From assembly GCA_034780895.1 (NCBI GenBank), contig JAUZTB010000075.1, positions 4,936,523 through 5,000,522 on the forward strand: a DNA stretch of 64,000 nt, given 5' to 3'. The translations under genes were made by a program, and so were the position numbers. Shown here in pieces: positions 49,943-64,000 of this stretch (within the stretch, counting starts at the first letter, position 1; each line of letters opens with the position of its first letter). Below the pieces are notes generated by a model. The model worked only from the letters and a program-made list of their open reading frames with translations, did not search any database and was not told the origin of the DNA. The stretch comes from Rhynchobatus australiae. Lineage: Eukaryota.

Positions 49943-51570
49943 GTAAATCTGATTAATTTCTGCAGACTCCAGTCCAACTTCTTGTTCACCCAGCGACATC
50001 GGCCATAGTTTGGATCACAAGAATATTTCACAGCTTGTTAAGAGGGATAAGAATGACACTTTGGTCCCTCATTTCTCACCTTGTTTATCTAATTATTCAT
50101 AATAGTGCTAACATTTGGGTAAAAGGGTAACAGCAAAAGCGGGGGGCGGGGGGGAATCAGGTGTGTAACATGAGGAGAAATCCATCTGACTCAAAAAACT
50201 GAGCAGACTCAGGCCAATGATATTCCCCATGAAGCATCGACAATTGAACTTGGCTTGCATCAGTCCCCAAGATCTAAATTTCCTTAAAACGTGAACAGAA
50301 GTGGCCATCTTTACCTGTTAGACTGGTTTTACAGACTTGCTAACTTTATCTTGTTTTCCATATACTACCGATTGCTTTCAAGCACATATCACCAATGAAG
50401 TACATTCTAACATTTAATTTGCCCTCTTTCCCTCAACTGAACTGTGTACAGATGTTTAAGGTGTTTTACTTTTAAATTCTCCTGAATCTTTTCATGCAGA
50501 CTTTTCCTAGGGCTGCCTTTAAAATAGGAAACCCGTTTGCACAATCAGCACACGAGATTCTATCCCACAGTTTTGAAAATGATCTGGACGGTTTTTCCTG
50601 ATGTTTTGACCAACAGTTGTTCCTCATTGAAACTGGGGAAAGGAAAAGCAGACTCTGACTCTGTCACTGAAAACAGAAATGTACTTACTATCACTATTCA
50701 TTGTAAGAATGGCAATACCCCAAGTCTCCTACATTTGTTTTTTAAATCAAAATATATCTTTTCCAAATGGTTGCATATCACCCCAATGCACTCCCCAAGT
50801 CGCCTTTTTCCATATATTAATTTCCCTTAACAGTTGCTTCTTATATTCTTGGATTCAGTCAGTTTGTTTCTATCCTTTCCGAGTACTCTTGGGGTGGGGA
50901 AGAGGGGATCAAAATGATACGTGATAAAATAATTTCTCAGAATCCTCTCACCCAGACTGTGTGCGGCAGAAAGGAAATGGGCAGGGCAGGTTTTTGTTAC
51001 ACTGTACATAGCTTTAAGTGTGGCTGTGCTTTCATGTGGGTACACTCTTAGCTTTACCTATATACAGAGTAGTAGTGGACACTTGTGACAAGTGGCTGGC
51101 TAACCCAGGAAAAAAAATGTTATTGAACTTGCCATTTAAGCCTATCATACCTGACCCAATGCTAATTCTAGAACAATCCATTACAATTCTATTTTGTTTA
51201 TTGCTTGTGTTTTATATATATATTCTACTTTCCCATGCATTTATTAATTCCTTTTTAAGTTATTATATTGGCTCAAGTTCAAGTTTATTGTCATAGGCAT
51301 GCATACCCACAGTATAAATGCCATGAAAATTAGCTTTTTGCAGCAGCAGCACAGTGCGTTACAGACATAAGTTAACATAAACTTAAATTGTACATAATTT
51401 ATCTATCTTAGTTTCCATCTTGGATATAACATTGCAGGTTTCAGTGTTTCTTTTTATCTTCCTCTTTTGTTCCTAAATGATATATCCTGAGTGTATTAAG
51501 CAATTTAGTGTGATTGAATTTCTCTGCAGCACTTGTTCTGCTGTGCTGAATGGTTTTAATTCTCTTGCAG

Positions 51571-51721
51571 GTTTAACTCGCATCCTGAAGGGCCGTGGAG
51601 AGATGGTGAAGAATCGCATGGTGGACTGGGCCTTAGCAGAGTACATGGCCTTTGGATCCTTGCTTAACGAAGGTATTCATATCCGCTTGAGTGGACAGGA
51701 TGTGGAGAGAGGAACTTTCAG
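51571..51721 (+). CDS. OGDH: OGDH exon 15 equivalent (151 nt): [49 protein letters not shown](S)
   Basis: cttgcag|GT...TTCAG|gtaata; lies inside ORF 51477..51725. Confidence 0.96.
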
Positions 51722-53694
51722 GTAATAGTCAAAGTGAGATACATCTATACTTTTATTAATAGGTCACCTATTCATGCTACCTTTCTCTTCCTGCATAAAC
51801 AATCACAGGTCATGAAGCACTTTACATCCTCAGGATATCTCAAATGTGTATAACAATGAGTTACTCTGTGCTGTGAGCTTTGTAACATGAACCATTTCAG
51901 CAAAACTTAGTTTGTGCTGATTAGCCTTGAGATAGATTTCTGCAAGCTTTTCCAAAACCTACGAAACTGGTCTCGGTTTAAGTGCAACTATTCCTTGGTT
52001 CATTAATTACTTTTTTTTAAAAAGTGCTAATTTACCTAAAGAACATTTGGGGAGTGATTTGATTCAATTAATCACCGACAATGCAAGTGTGTTAATTTTA
52101 TTTGAACATTAATGATGTGCCCTACTAGGGTTACTTAACAAGTGTTTTTGGCTCAATACGCACCCCTGCCCTCAAGTGCTTACCCTCTACCTCCAACGCC
52201 TACCTTCAGATCCTTCTATCTGCTTCAGTGGTGGAATGGTTTTGATTGACTTGCCTTCCTGAAGTCCAATCCAATCATTGAACTTAGAACAGTACAGCAT
52301 AGGAACAGACCCCTTGGTCCACTCCTTGCATGTTCATGTGTCTGCCCGAATGCCTCTTAGTGTTGCTGTCTTATCTGCTTCTACAACCTCCCCTAACAGT
52401 GCGTTCCAGGAACCTATCACTCACTGTATAAATAAAATGGAAAAAAGAGCAACTTGCATTGCACACCTCCTTGAAACTTTCCTCTTCTTGTTTAAGCATA
52501 TGCCCTCTAGTATTTGACATTTCCACCTTGGGGAAAGAAACTGACTCTCTAGGGTCACCAGTCCCACTTCTGCTGCCTCTGAATCCAAGGGGTAGTTGGA
52601 GAGTCCTGCTGTAGTGGAATGCCTGAAGAAAGCCCCCTCACTGTTGCATTGACGGTGACGGAAGGGGTTGACAGAATGGAGAATGTGGGTGGAGAAGGAG
52701 AAGAAGAAATCAGTGTGGGAGAGTTAGGATCATTACAAGTGAGCTCTTGCTAATTGGAGAGAGTGTGGTCAAATCCAGACCTGTTTACATACAACATGCA
52801 AACTAGCCCTTTGCTCAGCAGGGGTTCCTGTGATTCTTTTGAAGTCCAGTCATACCACAGCCACTGTTCTTCCTCATTCGTGCTGCTAGGCACATCTTCA
52901 AAACAAAATGAAATTCTGTTTGACAAATCTAGCTTTCATAATACTACATTGATTCTCCAACTTGTATTGTGGTTGGACGAGTACTATGTCCTGAGTCATA
53001 GGCGTCATCATTTTTCCAGCAATTGATGTCAGCTTACTGTTGTACAGCCCCCTATTTTCTGTATCCAGTTTAAGAAAGGACAGATGTTACATTTGCCAAC
53101 TTCCATTCTGTTGAGCCCAGGGAATTCTGCAGATGCTGGTTTTAAAACTGCATGCGGGTGGTCAGGTTCAGTAGATTTATGGCTGCCTCATTTTAATCTT
53201 TTCTACAGTTTTTCTCTAGTAATACTAATTTAGTTTAAGTTCCTTGTTATCATGTGACCCTTGGTTTCCCAGTATTTCTGGTACATTTATTGTGCTTTAT
53301 TTAGCAGAAAGATGTTTTTGTTTAACATTTCAGCCTTTTTTTTAGTTCCCCATTATAATTTCTCCTCCCTCTTTGATACCCAAATTTATTGTTACTATTT
53401 CCTTTTTTGCATAGTTATAGAAGCTCATGCAATCTTTTGTTATATTTCTTGCTAGTTTACATTTTTAATCACTTCTCTCTACATCCTAACCCCAGGATTG
53501 CTACTGGGCTCAACACCATTTAAACATTTAGTCTAGTGCTGTCCTTTAACTACAAGTGGTCTGAAGTGAGGATTGAGCTTGCATGCTAGGGTATACACAG
53601 TAAGGTGTTGAACTATAAATGCATAATTTTGCCACTTATAGCTTGTGATTTTTTTTTTGCTATCTGCCATTCAAGCAAACATTCAGTTTGAAGT

Positions 53695-54310
53695 CGCTGT
53701 AACAACAAACAATCTGCTGGAGGAACTCAGAGGGTCAAGCAACATATGTGTGGGGGGAAAGGGGTGGGAATAGGGGAAGGATTGGTAACGTTTTGGGTGT
53801 GGACTGAGTGGAGAGAGGAACTACCCTGTTTCGAGAAATGTGGCAGAGTAGTAAAACTGAGGCCAGAGGTGATTGGTGGACCGATGGGGAGGGGCAGGTG
53901 TGGAAGGATGACATGCAGATCGAGCCAACTAGCAAGGGGAAGAGCGATATGGAGGCAGTCGAAAAAAGGGAAGCTCATGGGGTTGGGGAGGGTGAAGGTG
54001 GAGATGGCTGCTGGAGGGTGATAAGCAGGAATACAAAGGGCTGCCAGTCCTGGAACCTCATAAGGAAGGATGGTGATCATGGGAACCATAGGGGAGAGAT
54101 GAAAGGCAGAAGGGACCAAAACCAGAGACAAGAGACTGCAGATGCTGGAATCGGGATCGACACAAAAAGCGCTGGAGGAACTCAGTGGGGCAGGCTGCAT
54201 CTGTGGAGGGAAAGATGGAGGGTCTTGACCCAAAACATTGACCGTTCATTTCCCTCCATACATGCTGTCTGACCCACTGAGTTCCTCCAGCACTTTGTGT
54301 GTTGCTCGAG
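53695..54310. mobile_element. Penelope-like terminal repeat cluster (purine-rich minus-strand copy plus fold-back at 54158-54305)
   Basis: gctggaggaactcag...gcatctgtggagggaaa occurs in both orientations. Confidence 0.75.
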
Positions 54311-54670
54311 GAACCAAAACCATATGGGGAGGGGGGAGAGCCAGTGGGATAGGACAGTCATTGTGACGTGATTGTGAGTGAGAAATGGACGGAGCAGTTG
54401 ATGTGTTGTCATTAACCATTCTTTAATTGTCTTGATGGTGTACCAACTCTTCAACGAAATGCTTCTTGGGTTCACTCTTCACCATGTGTTGCACTTCCCA
54501 TCCAGGTTGTGTAGATACCAGTTGTGATACTNNNNNNNNNNNNNNNNNNNNNNNNNNNNNNNNNNNNNNNNNNNNNNNNNNNNNNNNNNNNNNNNNNNNN
54601 NNNNNNNNNNNNNNNNNNNNNNNNNNNNNNNTTTTGATACTAATGGAACCCTTGTGTTTGCCTCTCTCAG

Positions 54671-54798
54671 CCATCGACATCACGTGCTGCATGACCAAAA
54701 TGTTGACAAAAAGACCTGTATTCCCATGAACCACCTTTGGCCCAACCAAGCTCCGTACACCGTGTGTAATAGCTCACTCTCGGAATACGGGGTGCTGG
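54671..54798 (+). CDS. OGDH: OGDH exon 16 equivalent (128 nt): [42 protein letters not shown](G)
   Basis: ctctcag|C...CTGG|gtagga. Confidence 0.96.
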
Positions 54799-55595
54799 GT
54801 AGGATATTTTACTCGTTTATTTACAATAAAGCCTCTCCAAGCTTGCTGAGTAATCCGATGTGGCAATGCAGAGTGTGAATGTGACAAGGGGATGGAGTAA
54901 TTTTGTGTACCATTCTGATACTCTGTGAATAAATGGGAACAAAGACACAATGGGGGCAGGGATGGGGGAATGGCGGCTTGCTTTAAGATTCCTGAATTTG
55001 TTGGGTCTGTAACTAAGCCCACACATTAAACTGTCAAAACCACAGCCTCTGAGTTGCTGCTTGGTATTCAAGTAGAGTTAAACAGTGACCATTTGCTGCA
55101 TTTTCTGTCCCAGGCTTGTGCAAGCTTTGATTATCACCTCTCTCAAAGAGTTGGTCATAACTCTGCAGAAACAGGCCCTTTCTCCCAGCAAGACCATACC
55201 AAGCATCAAACACCCATTTCCACTCATCCCTACACTAATCCCATTTTGTTTTCCCCACATTCCCATCACCCTCTCCAGATTCTACCCCTCACCTACACAC
55301 TAGGGCAATTTACAGCAGCCAATTAACCTACCAATCTTCGTGTCTTTGGGATGGGGGAGGAAACCAGAAAACTGGAGAAACCCCTGCAGTCACAGGGAGA
55401 ACATGCAAACTCCACACAGACAGCATCAGGGATGAGGATTGAACCGGGGTCTCTGGAGCTGTGAGGCTCTACCATCTGCACCACTAAATCTTCCTCCAAG
55501 CCACTTTTGTATCATCAATAAACTTGATCTCCCCATCCAAATCATTAATCGGGATTGTGAACAGCCACAGTCGCAGCAGATTCTCATCGCTCTAA

Positions 55596-55895
<300 letters not shown>

Positions 55896-56124
55896 TGATG
55901 TTAGCTTCTGTGAGATGTTTAACCACAAGCAGCAGGAGGTAGAAAGGATATAATGAAACCCGGTGTGGCAACTAAAGGCACAGTAGCCATGGCAGTGAAA
56001 TCATTGCACCCTTCGTATTTTTGGGTAAGCATTATTTTGTATTGACTTGCAGGACAAATGATACACTAAAGAAACTCGAGTGCAAAATTTTATTACATGT
56101 GAAAATGTTTTAAAACCAACTTGA

Positions 56125-56620
56125 AGTGTAAAATAAAACCAGGAAGTGCTGGGAATACAAAGCAAGCTTGTCAGCGTCTGGATTGAGAGAGCGCGGGTCA
56201 GGAAACCCCGCTAGAACATCTCCTGCCTTCAACCCCCAACGTTAGACACAAGACTGCAGATGCTGGAATCTGGAGCAATAAACAATGTGCTGGAGGAATT
56301 CAGCAATGTCAAGCAGCATCCATGGAAGGAAAGGAATTGTCAACGTTTTAGGTCAAAACCCTCCCTCTTCAACCTGAACTATCAACAGTTCCTTACTCCC
56401 CACAGATGTCTACTCGACCCTCTGAGTTCCTCCATTAGGATGTTTGTTGCTTCTATGTATACGTCTTCTGATTCAGTTTCATTTTCTGAGTATTAGAGAC
56501 ACAGACTGCAGATGCTAGAGTTTGGAGCAAAACATAAACTGCTGGAGGAACTCAGTGGGTCAGGCAGCATCTGTGGAGGCAGAGGGATGGTCACCATTTC
56601 AGGTCAAGACTCTGAAGTGT
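56125..56620. mobile_element. Penelope-like terminal repeat cluster (three adjacent copies, one fold-back)
   Basis: gactgcagatgctggaatctggagcaa...gctggaggaa.tcag is repeated; inverted arm at 56370-56452. Confidence 0.75.
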
Positions 56621-57891
56621 AGGGTATTAGTATTGGTTTATTATTGTCACTTGTACCAAGGTACAGTGAAAAACTTGTCCTGCACACCAATCGTACAGAT
56701 CAATTCATTACACAGTGCAGTTACACTGAGTCAGTACAGAGTGCATTGAGGTAGTACAGGTAGAAACAATAACAGTACAGAGTAAAGTGTCCCAGCTACA
56801 GAGNNNNNNNNNNNNNNNNNNNNNNNNNNNNNNNNNNNNNNNNNNNNNNNNNNNNNNNNNNNNNNNNNNNNNNNNNNNNNNNNNNNNNNNNNNNNNNNNN
56901 NNNNNNNNNNNNNNNNNNNNNNNNNNNNNNNNNNNNNNNNNNNNNNNNNNNNNNNNNNNNNNNNNNNNNNNNNNNNNNNNNNNNNNNNNNNNNNNNNNNN
57001 NNNNNNNNNNNNNNNNNNNNNNNNNNNNNNNNNNNNNNNNNNNNNNNNNNNNNNNNNNNNNNNNNNNNNNNNNNNNNNNNNNNAATATGCTGGATGTTGG
57101 CGCCAGTTTTGATGTGGGTAGAACAGTATTTGAGTTGGTTGAAATGAGGAATTAAAAAAATATTTTTTATCACCTCAAGTGAAGCAAACCTCAAATAGTA
57201 TGCTATTTATACAGCAGCTGGTAGAAACGATGACTGATGAATTTGCTTTTAAGTTGCACTTTATTACTTCTTAGCACTTACTGTGGCTTTTAGCTGAGTG
57301 AGGAAGGAAACCACTTCTGATGTTCTTTTGAAAAAGAAATTCAGAAGTTTCCTGAAAGGGCCAGAAAGCTTAATAAAGAATTTAAAAATCTACTGCAATT
57401 TGAACTTCTATAAAGCAAACAGCCCATGATTGTATTGCTTTCAAATTCTCAAACTCCTCCAGGATGAAAGAGAAGCAATTATTTTGGGGTTAAAACTCAG
57501 ACATGTCCCACAGGATCTTGATGCTGCCTCTGGGACTGTGAGCTACATTTGAGAAAGAATTGTTTATGGAAACATTAGTACTGGAAGTAAAGATGTAACT
57601 GGGATGTATGCAGCTTCAATTCGGACTCTAATATATTGCAATTTTATCAAGTTTAAGTAACCAGTCTAAGTAGATTAGTTAAAATAGTGCTGCTTTCTGT
57701 TGAGCATATTCTGTTGAGGGCTGATGGTTATTTTGTGTTTCAATGCTATTGCAATCAAAAGCAGTAGAATTACTCAATCTCAGCCCCTACTTGATCTCCA
57801 TCACGCGCACAGTCATTCGATTAGAGATGGGCATTCACGTGGCATTTTATAGTGAGCTATGAGTGATTTGTGACTTTTCTCACGGCTGCAG

Positions 57892-57963
57892 GGACCTGAA
57901 CATTCCTCTGCAAGACCAGAACGATTCCTGCAGATGTGCAACGATGACCCTGATGTTGTTCCA
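57892..57963 (+). CDS. OGDH: OGDH exon 18 equivalent (72 nt): [24 protein letters not shown]
   Basis: gctgcag|GGA...GTTCCA|gtaagt. Confidence 0.96.
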
Positions 57964-58065
57964 GTAAGTGTCTGACTGAGGCATATCACAAGCAGTCTGT
58001 ATGGTTGAGTAGGAGCTCCTGGTGTTGTGGGATTGTACTAACCTTGGAATGTTCCTCTACTCCAG

Positions 58066-58191
58066 AAACATAACGAAGATTTTGTGGTGCGGCAGCTGTA
58101 CGACACTAACTGGATAGTCGTGAACTGTTCCACGCCGGCTAATTACTTCCATGTGCTAAGGAGGCAAATAATGCTGCCCTTCAGGAAACCG
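58066..58191 (+). CDS. OGDH: OGDH exon 19 equivalent (126 nt): [42 protein letters not shown]
   Basis: Preceded by a 102-nt intron with a perfect TACTAAC branch site (58036-58042); actccag|AAA...AAACCG|gtcagt. Confidence 0.95.
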
Positions 58192-60441
58192 GTCAGTACA
58201 GCCTCAGTGTGCACATATGTCTGTTGTTCCCACTGCTCAAGTTTCCCCGCACCTGGTACATCGTTTCTCAGCTGAAGAGAAGGTCAAGCCTGCTTCCTAT
58301 GGCTGCCTCTGCCACGTTTTGCCATTTCTCACTGATCTGTATTCATTGGCTGAGAATCAGCTGCCTGAGAGCTCGGAATTGTACCCCGCATTGGCACAGA
58401 CAGGAGCCAAAACCTAGAGTAGGAATAATGCTAAGGAAAGCAAAACTGCTCTGCTGTTTCAACATCTCTGCCACAAGAACGGAGTTTTAGACCAATTGTC
58501 GGTCATATTTATAAATAACTTGGAAATAAGTAATTCCTCATGGACTCAGTGCTTCACTGAACTACCGAGCTCAGGAAGCTCTCTGAAGTGAACCTCTGTT
58601 TTCAATTATCCAACCACAGTCAATCTCCAACTCTGGGTGGAGGGGGAGGAGGAGGCTTTGACTGAAATTCAATGAATGCTGATGGAAAATGTTTGTTCAA
58701 GGAAACCACACTGGCCCATGTTATAATAGCCCCTCAGTGGGACAGGCTGCTGACCCTTGGTGTCCAGGCAGTCTCGTAAAGGGTGTCCAGTTGGGTGACG
58801 TACATTGAAGGTTGTGGAGCGGCACTGTGTAAGAGGAACTGAGGGACAGATAAGCCGATTGAATATTATAGCCAGATCAAGGAACAGAATATACAGCTCC
58901 TGATCCTATGTTCTTGTAATCAGATATGCAACAATGCTAAGGCAATGATGTCATCATGAGTTGGTCATGGTGATCTGAGTCGGGAACCGCACTTTTGTTC
59001 GAGTTCGCATGTGTACGCATTTCTTTTGCTTCTCATCTGAATTTGTTGAGAAGGAAGAATTAAGATAATTGAGAGAATTTCTGTTTGAGATCTGAAGTGC
59101 ATTAGCAAAGAATAGTTTGTTAATATTTTAGCCCATATGACACTATGTGCCTGTGATGCAGCTGCAAGTAAGTTTTCCATTGCACCTGTGCACACATGGA
59201 CTTGTGCATATGACAATAAACTCGACTTTGACTTCAAAAGAAACATCTTCGCACAGATTGAGGAATAAGACAAGGACTGCTCGGATTTGGCCAAATTGCC
59301 GCGCTGATCCAAAGAGAGGCCTCTTCTAAAATGATCCTCTTTTCCTGCTTCCTTTTATTCTCTCATTTTTTTTTGTGAACAGTTGCACTGTGAGGTGAAT
59401 AAACAATTGAACAGGAAATGGGGCACTGGCAACAGGAAGAATTTCTTTGCAGAGAGATTGATTAACAGTGAGAGCTGATGGCCAGGTTCCTGAATTACTT
59501 ATTTTCTAGTGAAGGAAGTAAGATCTTGCCTCTGTACAACACCTGGGTTTAACTATTGTGGTGCAGAACTTTAACTAAAGTTTTTAATTCAGCATTTCCT
59601 TTTCATTTGTAGGTGCTTAAATGTTGGCACCAACAGATCTTGAAGTTCTCTTGTAGGATTAATCCATCAGTGAGGCAGTAGAACTAAAAGTTCCCCATTT
59701 CTATCCTCCAAACCTGCACCGTTCAACCTGCAAAATGTAGCAAATAAAAATTGTGAGCACGTGGTATTAAAATGCCTGTCTGAGAGCTGTATCCTAAGCT
59801 GTAAAGATGCCCAGGCTGCAGTTTAGGCATGTCAGCTGAAATACCGACTTCCAGAAAGATGAGGGGTCACTTGTTTGAGGTGCCTACTTAAAACCAGTCC
59901 TGTAAAATAAGTTGCCTAAGCAGTACCTGCTGTCTTGTATGTCTTCTTCCAGTGGAGTTTGAGCACACCCCAGCAACTGTCTTATTTACTCCTACCCTTT
60001 CTTCCACTCCTCCCCCCTCCCAATTACACAAAGAAGCCATTCCGTCTGTTGGCTCTGTGCCAGCTCCCAGCAAACCAGCCCCGTTCCCTCGACCCCCTCA
60101 GTTCCCTGTAGTCTTGCAACTTGTTCTATCCCACGTGCTGATCAGCTCCCATTTGATTCTCGTTGCCACTTACCGACACTTAAGGGGTAATTTGCAGTGG
60201 CAAATTAACCTACCAGCACATCTTTGGGGTGCGGCAGGAACCCGGAGCATCTGGAGGAAACCCACACAGTCATGGGGAGAACATGCAAACTCTGCACAGG
60301 CAGCACCCAAGGTCAGGATTGAACCCACATCCTCTGAGCTGTGAGGCAGTGGCACTAACTGCGACACTGCAGCACTGCCCACCCTTTGTTCTTAAGCAGT
60401 CTTCACAGGAAGCTAATGTGTTTTCTTTCCTTCATTTTCAG

Positions 60442-60514
60442 CTGATCATCTTCACTCCCAAATCATTGCTTCGCCACCCGGATGCCAAATCCAGTTTTGA
60501 TGATATGCTGCCAG
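60442..60514 (+). CDS. OGDH: OGDH exon 20 equivalent (73 nt): [24 protein letters not shown](G)
   Basis: ttttcag|CTG...CCAG|gtgtgt. Confidence 0.96.
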
Positions 60515-60684
60515 GTGTGTTGGTGTAACCTAAAGAGTGATCAGAATTTGGGGATTGTGTTTACAGTAATAGTGTAGTAAAAATTAAACTGCAGTCCTGG
60601 TCCCCAGATTTGGTTCCAGATCTCCAAGGTACTGGCAGTGCAGAACTACAATGGATCCAGTGTAGCCCTGTGGTCAGTTGTCAC

Positions 60685-62030
60685 AAGAACACGGAAATGG
60701 GAGCAGGAGTAGGCATCAGGCTCTCTAAGCCTGCCCTGCCATTCAATATGATCGTGGTGATCTATGCCGGCTTCAGCTCCTATGCCATTTCTCCATGCCA
60801 CTCTATTCCTCAATGCATCAAATATTCATCCACCTCCACTTCTAATGATCCAGCTTCCACCACCCACCAAGGCAGAGAATTCCAGAGAGTCACCACCCTC
60901 TGCACGAACAAATTTCAACACGCCTCAGTTTTAAATCACCGGCCCCTTGTAGTTACGTCCCCTTTTTCGAGACTCTCCCACTCGTGAAAACATCCCAACA
61001 TCTACCCTGCCAAGCCCCCTTGGAATCTTTGAATAAGGTCACCCCTCATTCTTCTAAACTCCAAGGAATACAGATCCAAACTATTTACTCTCTTAGTGGG
61101 ACAGCCGTCTCATCCCAGGGATTGCCCAGGTGAATGTCCTGCATATTGCCTCCAATGTTACTTGGTGAGGGGACAAAAACTGCACACTGTTCCAGATTGA
61201 GACCTCACCAGCACCCTGTACAATTTCAACAAAACCTCGTTATTTTTAATGCACCGTTCCACTGGCTGTACCAGGACATTCAATTGCTGTTGGTTTTTGT
61301 TAAAATGGAAAACATCAGTAAACCTGAATTCTTATCAATGAAGCAAGGGAGCCAGAAATAATATGGAAAGAGAAACAGGTCGTCTTAAGCTCTTCACCCA
61401 TATCTGAGAATTTTGGTAATCACATTGGGTATATGATGGAAGTAAAGCTGTACATGTGTAAGTCTGTCCTGTCTAGTTTGTACAGTGTAGGCTTATCCTA
61501 TGCCTATTTCCAAGTAGTACTCCAGTCCTTTGTTGGGTGACCGTGGTTGGAACACCTGTTTATTCAGAAAGGCAAGGGTTAATGGCCTTTGGATTCTCCT
61601 ATTCTGCTCTTAAAAATGGATTGCGTAACCATCTTCAACTACACTATAGTAGGGGAGTGAGACTCAGGTGTGCAAGTACATAATTACCTGAAAGTGGCAA
61701 CACAGGTAGATAGGGTAGTGAAGGCAGCATACAGCACGCTTACCTACTTTAGCCATGGCACTGAGTACAAGAGTTGGGACACGTTACAGTTGTTGGCTAG
61801 ACCGCACCTGGAATATTGTAGGTTGCCACACTATTGGAAGGATGTGATTAAGCTAGAGAGTTTGGGCAGGGGAGTTGCCACACTAAGCTATGATGCACCT
61901 GAATAAGATGCTTTCTGTGGTGCATATGTAAAAAAATCAGTGAGGGTCATCGGGGACACGCTGAATTTCCTTAGCCTTCTGAGGAAGTAGAGGCGCTGGT
62001 GCGCTTTCTTGGCCGTGGCGTCTAATTAAC
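60685..62030. mobile_element. CR1 fragments (60685-61240 minus, 61655-61865 plus) and another LINE fragment (61865-62030)
   Basis: ORF 61670 QVHNYLKVATQVDRVVKAAY...LARPHLEYC is the CR1 C-terminal region. Confidence 0.8.
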
Positions 62031-62362
62031 TTCCTCGTACTTGGTAGACGCTTGCTTGTGAACAGTGATCATTTGACCACCTACAATATGCTTGTAGCTT
62101 TTGGAAATTGTAGGGCTGTAAATGGTTCAGGGGTCGGGGGATTGGGAAGCAAAACATTCTGCANNNNNNNNNNNNNNNNNNNNNNNNNNNNNNNNNNNNN
62201 NNNNNNNNNNNNNNNNNNNNNNNNNNNNNNNNNNNNNNNNNNNNNNNNNNNNNNNNNNNNNNNNNNNNNNNNNNNNNNNNNNNNNNNNNNNNNNNNNNNN
62301 NNNNNNNNNNNNNNNNNNNNNNNNNNNNNNNNNNNNNNNNNNNNNNNNNNNNNNNNNNNNNN

Positions 62363-62404
62363 AGAGGCTTGGAATCTGAGGTTGCGATCACCCGGGTGGA
62401 GCAG
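62363..62404 (+). CDS. OGDH: OGDH exon 21 equivalent, 3' part only (remainder in N gap 62164-62362): RGLESEVAITRVEQ
   Basis: VAITRVEQ matches the conserved VAITR(I/V)EQ, followed by donor CAG|gtgagc. Confidence 0.88.
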
Positions 62405-63037
62405 GTGAGCATTGTGACCTTCTCTCTTGCTAAAGGAGACTGCATGTTTACATTGTCACTGTGTCAATCACCACGAGTGTAGCAGAAGATGCTGGCTGCA
62501 GCTTTTATTCACAGCCCGTGCAGACTAGTTTGTTTTACTGTTGGCCATTGAGAGGCAAGTCAGTGGTTCTCGGTCACTGCTCCAGGCTGCTGGTTAACAT
62601 GCTTCCCGTGTTCACCAGCCTGCAGTCTAGATGTGAACGAAGGAGACTTGCGGTGCCTTTGGGCTGTAGGTGGTTAAAACCCTGCAGGAACCTTCAGGAG
62701 GAATGATGCAAAGTCAGATGGGAGGTCAGATTGGCCTAATTCCTGGAAGTGCCGTCTGGTGGCGGTGTGTGACACAATAGATCCTAGGTAAATGTACCTG
62801 GCAGAGGTATGTTGCAATGAATTTACCATTGTTCATTCTTCAAATTGCCTTCATTCTGTGCAGTTTTTAAAAAAGACCAAGGCACATCCCGTTAGATAAT
62901 CAAAGGAGGCAGCAAGCTCATCTTTATAAAACCCTTTCTGTAGTGATGAGGGAAAATGTAGGCTGCAGCATACACATTGGTTTGTACTAGCACCGCTGTA
63001 AGATGGTTCACCATCGTGTGCCTGATTCTCTCTCCAG

Positions 63038-63192
63038 CTTTCCCCCTTCCCATTTGACATAATTGAACAAGAATCGAAGAAGTACTGCAACGCTGAGATT
63101 GTGTGGTGTCAGGAGGAACACAAGAACCAGGGTTACTACGAGTATGTGAAGCCACGGATCCGTGCAACCACTCACCGCAAGCGCCCTGTCTG
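63038..63192 (+). CDS. OGDH: OGDH exon 22 equivalent (155 nt): [51 protein letters not shown](W)
   Basis: tctccag|CTT...GTCTG|gtgagt. The terminal exon is not seen in the remaining 800 nt. Confidence 0.96.
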
Positions 63193-64000
63193 GTGAGTGC
63201 AGTGACCGTGTGTTCCCTGTTAGTCGTTATTAATACACGGACTTGAAGTTTCCCGGTTTTATTTTGGGACTGCGTAGAACTGGCTGAGCTCCTTAGGTGC
63301 ACCTTCGTGGCCGGGTGTTGTTGAGAGGAAGTGGGATGGGGCTGGAGGAGGAGGTCTCCATTAGTGAGTAAGAGGAAGCCCACCAAGTCCCCTAAATGTC
63401 CATTTACATTAATCCCCATTTATTCTCTCCACATTCCCATCAACTTTCTCCCGTTTCTGCCACTCACCCATACGCCAGGGGGAGTTTGCAGCAGCCAATT
63501 AACCTACCAACCCGCACCTCTTTGGGATGTGGGAGGAAACCGGATCATCCGGGGGGGATACCCACACAGTTACAGGGAGAAGGTGCAAACTCCACACAGA
63601 CAGCACCCGAGGTCAGGATTAAACCTGGGCCAGTGGAGCTCTGAGGCAGCAGCTCCACTAGCTGTGCCACTGTGCTGCCAATGTGAATTAAAGGAACTCA
63701 CATGTACTCATGGTTAGTCTAGGACTGAAAACTAATGGAAGGAGTGAACTTCTAGATGAAGTAACTAAGTCAAACACATGGAATTATTTAATTGATGACT
63801 GTTTTGTGGAGATCACATGCTCAAGAGGAACCAAAATGACTCTCCTGTTCTGTAACAACTCTGTGAACTTGTCCAACTTGACTCAAGACTCTGGTGTGCC
63901 TGGCAGGACTGCCTTCCAGTGCAGAGTGCCTGTTAGAAGGCAGCTTCTGGCACACTGGCCTTCATCAGTCAGGCCACTGAGTATAGGAGGTTATGGTGCG

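Noticed and set aside
62164-62404. Loss or truncation of exon 21
   Set aside because: The missing 5' part would fall inside the N gap; the visible 3' end and donor are intact.

Overview
Eukaryotic, vertebrate genomic DNA from a gapped draft assembly. The repeat content (CR1 LINEs, V-domain/HE1-like SINEs, Deu-domain SINEs, Penelope-like elements) points to a cartilaginous fish, probably a batoid; this is an inference. The whole window is the interior of one + strand gene, OGDH (2-oxoglutarate dehydrogenase E1). I mapped by hand the equivalents of human exons 3-22. All visible junctions are GT-AG and phase-consistent. The first coding exon and the last exon are not visible. The most interesting signal is the splicing module around the Ca2+-sensing loop. 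It has two mutually exclusive paralogous exons (14477-14576, 14690-14792) separated by a 113-nt intron, a 45-nt cassette exon (25130-25174), and a 486-nt AG-free zone in front of their shared acceptor (31550-32035). The Ca2+-site motif reads DADLE rather than DADLD. Exon 9 is interrupted by a gap flanked by a 17-bp direct repeat, and most of exon 21 lies in a gap. The introns contain a clean 402-bp solo LTR with a 4-bp TSD, a near full-length decayed CR1, Penelope remnants with fold-back structure and decayed hammerhead cores, and a degenerate minisatellite. I found no prokaryotic system, CRISPR array or structural RNA gene. Most ORFs in the supplied track are spurious or TE-derived. Exon coordinates are base-counted; repeat coordinates are approximate.
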